64,000 bases of DNA, from assembly GCF_002854065.1 (NCBI RefSeq), contig NZ_CP024147.1, one strand, 5' to 3'. Position numbers and translations under genes: made by a program. Shown here one piece after another: positions 26,528 to 37,046 of the stretch (positions within the stretch are counted from its first letter, which is position 1; every line of letters begins with the position of its first letter). The notes beneath the pieces were generated by a model, which was not told where the DNA came from, made no database searches, and saw nothing but the letters and a program-made list of their open reading frames with translations. The stretch is from Escherichia coli (GTDB lineage: Bacteria; Pseudomonadota; Gammaproteobacteria; Enterobacterales; Enterobacteriaceae).

Positions 26528-27175
26528 ATGTCCGATAACGCTCAACTTACCGGTCTGTGCGACCGTTTTCGTGGTTTTTATCCTGTTGTGATCGATGTTG
26601 AAACAGCCGGATTTAACGCCAAAACCGATGCGCTGCTTGAGATTGCCGCCATCACCCTGAAAATGGATGAACAAGGCTGGCTGATGCCGGACACCACATT
26701 ACATTTCCACGTCGAACCATTTGTCGGCGCAAATTTGCAACCAGAAGCCCTTGCCTTCAACGGCATTGACCCGAACGATCCCGATCGCGGCGCGGTCAGC
26801 GAATACGAGGCGCTGCACGAAATTTTTAAAGTTGTACGTAAAGGTATTAAAGCGAGCGGCTGTAACCGCGCCATTATGGTGGCGCACAACGCCAATTTCG
26901 ATCACAGCTTTATGATGGCCGCCGCAGAACGCGCCTCACTGAAACGTAACCCGTTCCACCCTTTCGCCACTTTTGACACTGCTGCACTGGCCGGGCTGGC
27001 ACTCGGACAAACCGTATTGTCAAAGGCTTGCCAGACCGCTGGCATGGACTTCGACAGCACCCAGGCGCACTCCGCGCTGTACGACACCGAACGCACTGCG
27101 GTGCTGTTTTGTGAAATCGTCAACCGCTGGAAACGTCTGGGAGGCTGGCCGCTACCTGCCGCCGAAGAGGTGTAA
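26528..27175 (+). CDS. rnt: ribonuclease T (DEDDh 3'-5' exoribonuclease)
   Basis: 215-aa ORF; recognised ([12 protein letters not shown] motif I). Confidence 0.95.
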
Positions 27176-27267
27176 TCGAGTCGATGCCTGATGACATGCA
27201 ATGATTCAGGCATCTATAGTGAGGCTATTCCACGCATCATGCATGATATTCACGGGGAATAGCGTTA

Positions 27268-30200
27268 ATGGCAGATAATCCAAACCCTTCATCGCCCCTG
27301 CCGGACGTGTTTTCACCGGCGACCCGCGACTGGTTTCTTCGCGCCTTTAAACAGCCGACCGCTGTCCAGTCGCAAACCTGGCATGTGGCGGCGCGAGGCG
27401 AACATGCGCTGGTGATTGCACCGACCGGCTCCGGGAAAACGCTGGCAGCATTTCTCTACGCCCTCGATCGGCTCTTCCGCGAAGGCGGCGAAGATACCCG
27501 CGAGGCGCATAAGCGTAAAACCTCACGCATTCTCTATATTTCACCGATAAAAGCCCTGGGCACCGACGTTCAGCGCAACTTGCAGATCCCGTTACAGGGT
27601 ATTGCCGATGAACGGCGGCGGCGCGGCGAAACGGAAGTCAATCTTCGCGTGGGGATCCGTACTGGCGATACGCCTGCACAGGAACGCAGCAAACTCACCC
27701 GTAATCCGCCGGATATTCTGATCACCACACCCGAATCACTCTATCTGATGCTGACCTCCCGCGCGCGCGAAACGCTACGCGGCGTCGAAACGGTAATTAT
27801 TGATGAAGTCCACGCGGTAGCGGGCAGTAAACGTGGTGCGCATCTGGCGTTAAGTCTGGAGCGGCTCGATGCGCTGCTCCACACCTCAGCACAGCGAATT
27901 GGCCTTTCTGCCACTGTGCGCTCAGCCAGCGATGTGGCAGCATTTCTTGGCGGCGATCGCCCGGTTACGGTAGTCAACCCGCCCGCAATGCGCCATCCGC
28001 AGATACGGATTGTCGTACCGGTCGCCAATATGGATGATGTCTCATCGGTCGCCAGCGGCACTAGCGAAGACAGCCATGCCGGCCGGGAAGGCTCCATCTG
28101 GCCATATATTGAAACGGGTATCCTTGATGAAGTGTTGCGCCATCGCTCGACCATTGTCTTTACTAATTCGCGGGGGCTGGCGGAAAAACTGACGGCACGA
28201 TTAAATGAGCTTTACTCCGCACGCTTACAGCGTTCCCCGTCTATCGCCGTTGATGCGGCCCATTTCGAGTCGACCTCCGGCGCAACCTCTAACCGTGTAC
28301 AAAGTAGCGACATTTTTATTGCCCGCTCACACCACGGCTCCGTCTCTAAAGAACAACGAGCAATAACCGAACAGGCGCTGAAATCGGGTGAATTACGCTG
28401 CGTGGTCGCAACTTCCAGTCTCGAACTGGGGATTGATATGGGCGCTGTGGATCTGGTGATTCAGGTGGCAACGCCGCTTTCTGTTGCCAGTGGGTTACAA
28501 CGCATTGGACGTGCCGGACACCAGGTAGGTGGTATCTCCAAAGGGCTTTTTTTCCCCCGAACCAGGCGTGACTTAGTCGATTCCGCAGTCATTGTAGAGT
28601 GTATGTTCGCAGGCAGGCTGGAAAACCTGATACCACCGCATAATCCACTCGACGTCCTTGCGCAGCAAACCGTTGCCGCCGCGGCGATGGATGCATTACA
28701 GGTAGACGAATGGTACTCCCGCGTACGCCGTGCCGCACCGTGGAAAGATCTGACAAGACGTGTTTTTGACGCCACGCTGGATATGCTTTCCGGGCGCTAT
28801 CCCTCTGGCGATTTTTCTGCTTTTCGCCCCAAACTGGTCTGGAACAGGGAGACCGGGATATTGACCGCCCGACCTGGCGCTCAGCTGTTGGCGGTTACCA
28901 GCGGCGGCACCATTCCGGATCGTGGCATGTATAGCGTGTTATTACCCGAAGGGGAAGAACAGGCCGGTTCGCGACGGGTGGGTGAACTGGATGAGGAGAT
29001 GGTATATGAGTCACGGGTGAACGATATTATCACTCTCGGCGCAACCTCATGGCGGATCCAGCAAATCACCCGCGATCAGGTGATTGTGACTCCTGCTCCG
29101 GGTCGTTCTGCCCGGCTCCCCTTCTGGCGTGGTGAAGGTAACGGACGTCCGGCTGAATTAGGCGAGATGATCGGCGATTTTCTTCATTTACTGGCGGATG
29201 GAGCGTTCTTTTCCGGGACTATTCCCCCGTGGCTGGCTGAAGAAAATACGATCGCCAATATTCAGGGGTTGATTGACGAGCAGCGCAACGCGACGGGCAT
29301 CGTTCCGGGGAGTCGTCATCTGGTCCTCGAACGGTGCCGTGATGAAATTGGCGACTGGCGTATTATTTTGCACTCTCCCTATGGAAGACGGGTGCATGAA
29401 CCCTGGGCGCTGGCGATTGCCGGGCGAATACATGCGCTATGGGGCGCTGATGCATCTGTGGTCGCCAGTGATGACGGCATTGTTGCGCGCATTCCTGACA
29501 CTGATGGTAAATTGCCCGACGCCGCGATTTTTTTGTTTGAACCAGAAAAGTTGCTGCAAATTGTCCGCGAGGCGGTAGGCAGTTCGGCACTTTTCGCCGC
29601 CCGTTTTCGCGAATGCGCCGCGCGGGCATTATTAATGCCGGGCCGCACGCCGGGCCATCGCACCCCGCTCTGGCAACAACGGCTGCGCGCCAGTCAGTTG
29701 CTGGAAATCGCTCAGGGATATCCGGATTTTCCGGTCATTCTCGAAACCCTACGCGAATGTCTGCAAGATGTTTATGATCTTCCCGCACTGGAACGTTTGA
29801 TGCGTCGCCTGAACGGTGGCGAAATTCAAATATCCGATGTAACGACTACTACGCCCTCGCCTTTCGCCACAAGTTTATTGTTCGGCTATGTCGCGGAATT
29901 TATGTACCAGAGCGACGCCCCGCTGGCAGAGCGCCGGGCATCCGTACTGTCGCTGGACAGCGAGTTACTGCGCAATCTACTCGGACAGGTCGATCCGGGG
30001 GAATTACTCGACCCGCAGGTCATTCGCCAGGTGGAAGAAGAGTTGCAACGACTGGCTCCTGGCAGAAGAGCGAAAGGTGAAGAAGGATTGTTCGACCTGC
30101 TGCGCGAACTGGGGCCAATGACCGTCGAAGACCTGGCGCAACGGCATACAGGCAGCAGTGAAGAGATTGCGTCGTATCTGGAAAATCTTCTTACAGTAAA

Positions 30201-31884
30201 ACGCATCTTCCCGACGATGATTAGCGGACAGGAGCGTCTTGCCTGTATGGATGATGCCGCCAGGCTGCGCGATGCCCTCGGCGTACAACTACCAGAGTCT
30301 CTGCCAGAGATTTATTTGCATAGAGTCAGTTACCCGCTTCGCGACCTCTTTCTGCGCTATCTCCGGGCTCATGCTCTGGTCACGGCTGAACAACTGGCTC
30401 ATGAGTTTAGTCTCGGTATTGCCATTGTCGAAGAGCAGCTTCAGCAACTGCGCGAACAGGGTCTGGTGATGAATCTGCAACAAGACATCTGGGTGAGCGA
30501 TGAAGTATTTCGTCGTCTGCGTTTGCGCTCGCTGCAAGCCGCCAGAGAAGCGACGCGTCCCGTTGCAGCCACGACCTATGCGCGATTGCTGCTGGAACGT
30601 CAGGGCGTATTACCCGCCACCGATGGTAGCCCGGCGCTCTTTGCCTCAACATCGCCAGGCGTTTATGAGGGCGTGGATGGCGTGATGCGGGTGATCGAAC
30701 AGCTTGCCGGAGTCGGTTTACCCGCCTCACTCTGGGAAAGCCAGATCCTGCCTGCCCGCGTACGCGACTATTCGCCAGAAATGCTCGATGAATTACTGGC
30801 AACCGGAGTGGTTATCTGGTCGGGACAAAAAAAGCTGGGTGAAGATGACGGCCTGGTGGCACTGCATCTACAGGAATATGCCGCAGAATCGTTCACTCCC
30901 GCCGAAGCGGATCAGGCGAATCGTTCGGCGCTGCAGCAAGCGATAGTCGCTGTTCTGGCTGACGGAGGAGCCTGGTTTGCACAACAAATCAGCCAACGGA
31001 TACGCGACAAAATCGGCGAATCGGTTGATCCCTCGGCACTGCAAGAGGCGTTATGGGCGCTGGTCTGGCAAGGCGTCATCACCAGCGATATTTGGGCACC
31101 GTTACGCGCCCTCACCCGCAGCAGTTCCAACGCACGCACCTCAACTCGCCGCAGTCACCGGGCTCGTCGTGGGCGTCCTGTCTATGCACAACCCGTCTCG
31201 CCGCGGGTATCTTACAACACACCAAATCTGGCTGGACGCTGGTCGTTATTGCAGGTGGAGCCACTAAACGATACCGAAAGGATGCTGGCGCTGGCGGAAA
31301 ATATGCTCGACCGCTACGGCATCATCAGTCGTCAGGCGGTGATAGCCGAAAATATCCCTGGCGGGTTTCCATCGATGCAAACGCTTTGTCGAAGTATGGA
31401 AGATTCCGGGCGAATTATGCGAGGTCGTTTTGTAGAAGGTCTGGGTGGCGCGCAATTCGCTGAACGTCTGACTATTGACCGCTTGCGCGACCTGTCGACA
31501 CAAGCCGCGCAAACGCGCCACTATACACCAGTGGCGCTCTCCGCCAACGATCCGGCTAATGTGTGGGGAAATCTTCTGCCCTGGCCTGCACATCCGGCAA
31601 CGCTGGTACCAACGCGTCGGGCGGGTGCGCTGGTGGTCGTTTCTGGCGGCAAATTGTTACTCTATCTGGCGCAAGGTGGCAAAAAAATGCTGGTCTGGCA
31701 GGAAAAAGAGGAATTACTCGCCCCAGAGGTTTTCCACGCGCTGACTACCGCACTGCGTCGCGAACCACGGCTGCGCTTTACGCTAACAGAAGTGAATGAT
31801 CTACCGGTCCGGCAAACGCCGATGTTTACGCTGCTGCGTGAGGCGGGATTTTCAAGTTCGCCACAAGGGCTGGATTGGGGATAG
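27268..31884 (+). CDS. lhr: large ATP-dependent helicase Lhr (superfamily 2)
   Basis: 1538-aa ORF; Walker A APTGSGKT, DEVH box; recognised. Confidence 0.95.
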   Translation: MADNPNPSSPLPDVFSPATRDWFLRAFKQPTAVQSQTWHVAARGEHALVIAPTGSGKTLAAFLYALDRLFREGGEDTREAHKRKTSRILYISPIKALGTDVQRNLQIPLQGIADERRRRGETEVNLRVGIRTGDTPAQERSKLTRNPPDILITTPESLYLMLTSRARETLRGVETVIIDEVHAVAGSKRGAHLALSLERLDALLHTSAQRIGLSATVRSASDVAAFLGGDRPVTVVNPPAMRHPQIRIVVPVANMDDVSSVASGTSEDSHAGREGSIWPYIETGILDEVLRHRSTIVFTNSRGLAEKLTARLNELYSARLQRSPSIAVDAAHFESTSGATSNRVQSSDIFIARSHHGSVSKEQRAITEQALKSGELRCVVATSSLELGIDMGAVDLVIQVATPLSVASGLQRIGRAGHQVGGISKGLFFPRTRRDLVDSAVIVECMFAGRLENLIPPHNPLDVLAQQTVAAAAMDALQVDEWYSRVRRAAPWKDLTRRVFDATLDMLSGRYPSGDFSAFRPKLVWNRETGILTARPGAQLLAVTSGGTIPDRGMYSVLLPEGEEQAGSRRVGELDEEMVYESRVNDIITLGATSWRIQQITRDQVIVTPAPGRSARLPFWRGEGNGRPAELGEMIGDFLHLLADGAFFSGTIPPWLAEENTIANIQGLIDEQRNATGIVPGSRHLVLERCRDEIGDWRIILHSPYGRRVHEPWALAIAGRIHALWGADASVVASDDGIVARIPDTDGKLPDAAIFLFEPEKLLQIVREAVGSSALFAARFRECAARALLMPGRTPGHRTPLWQQRLRASQLLEIAQGYPDFPVILETLRECLQDVYDLPALERLMRRLNGGEIQISDVTTTTPSPFATSLLFGYVAEFMYQSDAPLAERRASVLSLDSELLRNLLGQVDPGELLDPQVIRQVEEELQRLAPGRRAKGEEGLFDLLRELGPMTVEDLAQRHTGSSEEIASYLENLLTVKRIFPTMISGQERLACMDDAARLRDALGVQLPESLPEIYLHRVSYPLRDLFLRYLRAHALVTAEQLAHEFSLGIAIVEEQLQQLREQGLVMNLQQDIWVSDEVFRRLRLRSLQAAREATRPVAATTYARLLLERQGVLPATDGSPALFASTSPGVYEGVDGVMRVIEQLAGVGLPASLWESQILPARVRDYSPEMLDELLATGVVIWSGQKKLGEDDGLVALHLQEYAAESFTPAEADQANRSALQQAIVAVLADGGAWFAQQISQRIRDKIGESVDPSALQEALWALVWQGVITSDIWAPLRALTRSSSNARTSTRRSHRARRGRPVYAQPVSPRVSYNTPNLAGRWSLLQVEPLNDTERMLALAENMLDRYGIISRQAVIAENIPGGFPSMQTLCRSMEDSGRIMRGRFVEGLGGAQFAERLTIDRLRDLSTQAAQTRHYTPVALSANDPANVWGNLLPWPAHPATLVPTRRAGALVVVSGGKLLLYLAQGGKKMLVWQEKEELLAPEVFHALTTALRREPRLRFTLTEVNDLPVRQTPMFTLLREAGFSSSPQGLDWG

Positions 31885-31891
31885 AGAAAGG

Positions 31892-31921
31892 ACTGACGGA
31901 TGCCCGTTCGCATCCGTCAGT
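31892..31921. terminator. bidirectional terminator hairpin between lhr and grxD
   Basis: actgacggatgc-ccgttc-gcatccgtcagt perfect 12-bp stem. Confidence 0.7.
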
Positions 31922-31934
31922 ATTGCAGGACGGA

Positions 31935-32282
31935 TTATTCCGCGTCCGGCTCTTCAGACTTGTATTTAGCGGCAGTTTCTTTGATCAGCTGCTGCAGTTC
32001 ACCACGCTGATACATTTCGATCACGATATCACAACCGCCTACCAGCTCGCCGTCAACCCACAGTTGCGGGAAGGTCGGCCAGTTAGCATATTTCGGCAGT
32101 TCCGCACGAATGTCCGGATTCTGCAGAATATCAACATAGGCAAAACGTTCGCCACATGCGGCAAGCGCCTGGACTGCCTGGGCAGAGAAACCGCAGCTCG
32201 GCAGTTTCGGTGAACCTTTCATGTACAGCAGGATCGGGTTTTCAGCAATCTGGCGTTGGATTTTTTCGATAGTGGTGCTCAT
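31935..32282 (-). CDS. grxD: monothiol glutaredoxin 4
   Basis: 115-aa ORF with CGFS active site (LPSCGFSAQAV); recognised. Confidence 0.95.
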   Translation of the reverse strand: MSTTIEKIQRQIAENPILLYMKGSPKLPSCGFSAQAVQALAACGERFAYVDILQNPDIRAELPKYANWPTFPQLWVDGELVGGCDIVIEMYQRGELQQLIKETAAKYKSEEPDAE

Positions 32283-32616
32283 TGTCTTGCTTCCTCAAAC
32301 TTCTTTACGGCAGTAATCTGACATTGTAGCGGGTCAGTGCGGCATCGGAAAATAACATTTTCATCACGCTTTTGCTATTTTATCCCTTTGCTCTATTTGT
32401 TGCATTTCAAATGTTCGTTTCTTCCCTGATGCACGGCAAACTGGCGTATTTATGACCATTTTTAGCTTTCACTGCTGCATTTTTTTGCGCTCGCCAACGA
32501 AACGTATTTTTTAACAATAAAAGCTATTAACTTTCTCTTCTTCTATGCATTAGAATCATCAAGTTTTGTAAATCAGACGCAGGCATGATAGACCTGCCTT
32601 AACAGAGGGACGCTCA

Positions 32617-33444
32617 GTGGCGCGGATAAACCGTATTTCGATCACGCTCTGTGCTTTACTTTTTACCACCCTGCCTTTAACGCCTATGGCCCATGCTTCA
32701 AAGCAAGCCAGGGAGAGTTCTGCTACCACTCATATCACCAAAAAAGCAGATAAAAAGAAAAGCACGGCAACCACCAAAAAGACCCAGAAAGCCAGCCAGA
32801 AAACAGCGAAAAAAGCCGCCAGTAAAAGTACGACCAAAAGCAAAACCGCTTCTTCCGTTAAAAAATCTTCCATTACCGCTTCTAAAAACGCCAAAACTCG
32901 CAGCAAACATACCGTCAATAAAACGGCCTCAGCCAGCTTTACCGAAAAGTGTACCAAACGTAAGGGCTATAAATCGCATTGTGTGAAAGTCAAAAATGCA
33001 GCGTCAGGAACCCTTGCCGACGCACACAAAGCGAAGGTGCAAAAAGCCACAAAAGTGGCAATGAATAAACTGATGCAGCAAATTGGTAAGCCATATCGTT
33101 GGGGTGGCAGCTCACCGCGTACCGGTTTTGATTGCAGCGGCCTGGTTTATTACGCTTATAAAGATTTGGTGAAAATTCGTATTCCGCGTACGGCGAATGA
33201 AATGTATCACCTGCGTGATGCAGCGCCAATCGAACGTAGTGAACTGAAAAACGGCGACCTGGTCTTTTTCCGTACTCAGGGACGCGGTACAGCCGATCAT
33301 GTCGGCGTATATGTCGGCAACGGCAAGTTTATTCAGTCACCGCGTACGGGTCAGGAAATTCAAATCACTTCTCTCAGTGAAGACTACTGGCAGCGCCACT
33401 ATGTTGGCGCTCGCCGGGTAATGACCCCAAAAACACTTCGCTAA
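32617..33444 (+). CDS. mepH: NlpC/P60-family peptidoglycan DD-endopeptidase MepH with Lys/Thr/Ser-rich low-complexity linker
   Basis: 275-aa ORF; signal peptide; C-terminal NlpC/P60 domain (GFDCSGLVYYAY... H...); recognised as ydhO. Confidence 0.9.
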   Translation: MARINRISITLCALLFTTLPLTPMAHASKQARESSATTHITKKADKKKSTATTKKTQKASQKTAKKAASKSTTKSKTASSVKKSSITASKNAKTRSKHTVNKTASASFTEKCTKRKGYKSHCVKVKNAASGTLADAHKAKVQKATKVAMNKLMQQIGKPYRWGGSSPRTGFDCSGLVYYAYKDLVKIRIPRTANEMYHLRDAAPIERSELKNGDLVFFRTQGRGTADHVGVYVGNGKFIQSPRTGQEIQITSLSEDYWQRHYVGARRVMTPKTLR

Positions 33445-33571
33445 AACTTTACCCTGTTGTTACGGCAACAGGGTAAGTTCATCTTTTGTCTCACCTTTTA
33501 ATTTGCTACCCTATCCATACGCACAATAAGGCTATTGTACGTATGCAAATTAATAATAAAGGAGAGTAGCA

Positions 33572-34153
33572 ATGTCATTCGAATTACCTGCACTACCATA
33601 TGCTAAAGATGCTCTGGCACCGCACATTTCTGCGGAAACTATCGAGTATCACTACGGCAAGCATCATCAGACTTATGTCACTAACCTGAACAACCTGATT
33701 AAAGGTACCGCGTTTGAAGGTAAATCACTGGAAGAGATTATTCGCAGCTCTGAAGGTGGCGTATTCAACAACGCAGCTCAGGTCTGGAACCATACTTTCT
33801 ACTGGAACTGCCTGGCACCGAACGCCGGTGGCGAACCGACTGGAAAAGTCGCTGAAGCTATCGCCGCATCTTTTGGCAGCTTTGCCGATTTCAAAGCTCA
33901 GTTTACTGATGCAGCGATCAAAAACTTTGGTTCTGGCTGGACCTGGCTGGTGAAAAACAGCGATGGCAAACTGGCTATCGTTTCAACCTCTAACGCGGGT
34001 ACTCCACTGACCACCGATGCGACTCCGCTGCTGACCGTTGATGTCTGGGAACACGCATATTACATCGATTATCGCAATGCACGTCCTGGCTATCTGGAGC
34101 ACTTCTGGGCGCTGGTGAACTGGGAATTCGTAGCGAAAAATCTCGCTGCATAA
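33572..34153 (+). CDS. sodB: iron superoxide dismutase
   Basis: 193-aa [23 protein letters not shown]...; recognised. Confidence 0.97.
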   Translation: MSFELPALPYAKDALAPHISAETIEYHYGKHHQTYVTNLNNLIKGTAFEGKSLEEIIRSSEGGVFNNAAQVWNHTFYWNCLAPNAGGEPTGKVAEAIAASFGSFADFKAQFTDAAIKNFGSGWTWLVKNSDGKLAIVSTSNAGTPLTTDATPLLTVDVWEHAYYIDYRNARPGYLEHFWALVNWEFVAKNLAA

Positions 34154-34263
34154 TAACTGATGGCAAATGCAGCATTGCCTGATGCGCTTCGCTTACCATG
34201 CCAACGCGGATGAGGCGTTAACAGCGCATTCGGCAAGATAAATCGCACGTTGTCAGCAACTGT

Positions 34264-34295
34264 AACGCAGAAGGTTATCCTTCTGCGTTTTTGTT
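34264..34295 (+). terminator. rho-independent terminator after sodB (abuts convergent ydhP)
   Basis: aacgcagaagg-ttat-ccttctgcgtt hairpin followed by tttgttt. Confidence 0.75.
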
Positions 34296-34298
34296 TAA

Positions 34299-35468
34299 TT
34301 AGCTGTTAGCAACGCAAACTGTTTCAGGTTGTTTTCTGGCTGACATAAACACCAGCAATAATGCCAGTCCCGCGACAATCGCCCCCATCACCGGCACAAA
34401 GCTGTATCCCAGCCCAGCGGAAATTACCGCACCACCAGCGGCTGCTCCCAGCGCATTTCCAAGATTAAAGGCACCAATATTGACTGATGAAGACAGACCT
34501 GGCGCTTCACTGGCGACACGCATCACGCGCATCTGTAACGGCGGTACGACCGCAAAGGTTGCAGCGCCCCACACCACCATGCTAATAGCTGCGCCGAACT
34601 CATTGCGGGCCAGGAACGGGATTGCCAGCATAATCACCATCAGCAGCAACAAAAAGCCTTTCAACGTGCCGTTAACTGAACGATCTGCCAGTTTGCCGCC
34701 GAGATAGTTACCGATAGAGAATCCGACACCAATCAGCACCAGCATTGCCGTGACGAACACCGGTGTTGCGTGGGTAATACTTTGCAGTACCGGAGAGATA
34801 TAGGTGTAGAGAGTAAACATTGCACCAGCTCCCAGTACCGTCGTCAGCAATGCAGACAGCACCTGCGGACGCATTAATACCGCCAGCTCTTTTTTCACTT
34901 CAGGTCGTGCCCCTGCACCACCTTTAGGTAATGAGAAGAACAGACTTACCATTGAAATCACTCCCAGCCCCGCCGTTGCCAGAAATGACATCCGCCAGCC
35001 GATGGTTTCACCCAACCAGGTCGCCGCCGGCACGCCACCGATATTTGCCAGGGTTAACCCCATAAACATAGTGGCAACTGCGCTGGCCTGTTTATGTTTT
35101 GGCACCACGCTTGCAGCCACGACTGAACCCAAACCAAAAAATGCTCCATGATTCAGGCTGGTCAAAATGCGTGAAAGCATCAGGGTCATATAATCCGGCG
35201 CGATGGCGGAAAGTACGTTGCCGAGCGTGAAAATTGCCATCAGGAAAATCAACGCACTGCGGCGGGCACGATGAGAAAGTAGAAGCGTCATCAGCGGCGC
35301 GCCAACCATTACGCCAACTGCATAGGCACTGATTAACATTCCGGCAGCGGGAATCGAGACATCCACACCGCGCGCAATGACGGGCAACAAGCCCATTGGC
35401 GAGAACTCCGTTGTCCCGATACCAAACGCGCCAATCGCCAGCGCCAGCAACGGATAGTTAATTTTCAT
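34299..35468 (-). CDS. ydhP: MFS transporter
   Basis: 389-aa 12-TM-like ORF; recognised. Confidence 0.9.
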   Translation of the reverse strand: MKINYPLLALAIGAFGIGTTEFSPMGLLPVIARGVDVSIPAAGMLISAYAVGVMVGAPLMTLLLSHRARRSALIFLMAIFTLGNVLSAIAPDYMTLMLSRILTSLNHGAFFGLGSVVAASVVPKHKQASAVATMFMGLTLANIGGVPAATWLGETIGWRMSFLATAGLGVISMVSLFFSLPKGGAGARPEVKKELAVLMRPQVLSALLTTVLGAGAMFTLYTYISPVLQSITHATPVFVTAMLVLIGVGFSIGNYLGGKLADRSVNGTLKGFLLLLMVIMLAIPFLARNEFGAAISMVVWGAATFAVVPPLQMRVMRVASEAPGLSSSVNIGAFNLGNALGAAAGGAVISAGLGYSFVPVMGAIVAGLALLLVFMSARKQPETVCVANS

Positions 35469-35632
35469 GCCTTATCTCCACCTCTTCGCGTCATTACGCG
35501 ATATTCATTAAAGTGGCGAAAGCATGCAGCAATCACAAAAAAATGAAAATAACAAAAAGAGAAAACACTTTTGCCATTTTGCTAACAAACAGGAAGGAGA
35601 TGCGAGGGAGAACGCGCTCCCTCGAGAGGAAA

Positions 35633-35722
35633 TCAGTGCAGCGCGGCAGTCAAACCCACGGCTACGATCAAACCGAGGACGATAATCGTTGTTACCAGTG
35701 AAAATTTAAGGTCGGTGCTCAT
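35633..35722 (-). CDS. ynhF: 29-aa small membrane protein YnhF
   Basis: Hand-translated minus strand: MSTDLKFSLVTTIIVLGLIVAVGLTAALH, stop TGA; below ORF-track cutoff. Confidence 0.75.
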   Translation of the reverse strand: MSTDLKFSLVTTIIVLGLIVAVGLTAALH

Positions 35723-35959
35723 CAAGTTTTCTCCTTTTTTATTACCACACAAAAAGTGATATTACGCATTTTTACACACTGTGATGAAAAAATCTCCCGT
35801 CATTTATAATGATAAGTGTTTTTACCACTTCCCCTTTTCGTCAAGATCGGCCAAAATTCCACGCTTACACTATTTGCGTACTGGCCATTGACCCCTTCCT
35901 GACGCTCCGTGTCGTTTTTCCGGCGTACCGCAACACTTTTGTTGTGCGTAAGGTGTGTA

Positions 35960-35975
35960 AAGGCAAACGTTTACC
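35960..35975. promoter_or_regulatory. PUR box (PurR operator O1) in purR leader
   Basis: aaggcaaacgtttacc matches PurR operator core GCAAACGTTT. Confidence 0.6.
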
Positions 35976-36020
35976 TTGCGATTTTGCAGGAGCTGAAGTT
36001 AGGGTCTGGAGTGAAATGGA

Positions 36021-37046
36021 ATGGCAACAATAAAAGATGTAGCGAAACGAGCAAACGTTTCCACTACAACTGTGTCACACGTGATCAACAAAACACGTTT
36101 CGTCGCTGAAGAAACGCGCAACGCCGTGTGGGCAGCGATTAAAGAATTACACTACTCCCCTAGCGCGGTGGCGCGTAGCCTGAAGGTTAACCACACCAAG
36201 TCTATCGGTTTGCTGGCGACCAGCAGCGAAGCGGCCTATTTTGCCGAGATCATTGAAGCAGTTGAAAAAAATTGCTTCCAGAAAGGTTACACCCTGATTC
36301 TGGGCAATGCGTGGAATAATCTTGAGAAACAGCGGGCTTATCTGTCGATGATGGCGCAAAAACGCGTCGATGGTCTGCTGGTAATGTGTTCTGAGTACCC
36401 AGAGCCGTTGCTGGCGATGCTGGAAGAGTATCGCCATATCCCAATGGTGGTGATGGACTGGGGTGAAGCAAAAGCTGACTTCACCGATGCGGTCATTGAT
36501 AACGCGTTCGAAGGCGGCTACATGGCCGGGCGTTATCTGATAGAACGCGGCCATCGCGAAATCGGCGTTATCCCCGGCCCGCTGGAACGTAACACCGGCG
36601 CAGGCCGCCTTGCCGGTTTTATGAAGGCGATGGAAGAAGCGATGATCAAGGTGCCGGAAAGCTGGATTGTGCAGGGTGATTTTGAACCTGAATCCGGTTA
36701 TCGCGCCATGCAGCAAATCCTGTCGCAGCCGCATCGCCCTACTGCCGTCTTCTGTGGTGGCGATATCATGGCAATGGGCGCACTTTGTGCTGCTGATGAA
36801 ATGGGGCTGCGCGTCCCGCAGGATGTTTCGCTGATCGGTTATGATAACGTGCGCAACGCCCGCTATTTTACGCCGGCGCTGACCACGATCCATCAGCCAA
36901 AAGACTCGCTGGGTGAAACAGCGTTCAACATGCTGTTGGATCGTATCGTCAACAAACGTGAAGAACCGCAGTCCATTGAAGTGCATCCGCGCTTGATTGA
37001 ACGCCGCTCCGTGGCTGACGGCCCGTTCCGCGACTATCGTCGTTAA
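36021..37046 (+). CDS. purR: purine repressor PurR (LacI family)
   Basis: 341-aa ORF; N-terminal [26 protein letters not shown]; recognised. Confidence 0.97.
36049..36064. promoter_or_regulatory. second PUR box (operator O2) within the first codons of purR
   Basis: gagcaaacgtttccac; two downstream operators are the known arrangement for purR autoregulation. Confidence 0.55.

Noticed and set aside
34170-34260. Possible REP element remnant after sodB (gcctgatgcgcttcgcttaccatgcc...)
   Set aside because: Only partial resemblance to the REP consensus and no clear palindromic unit; the downstream hairpin at 34264-34295 is sufficient as the terminator.
36147-36986. 279-aa minus-strand ORF antisense to purR
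   Set aside because: Completely within purR on the opposite strand; no motif content.
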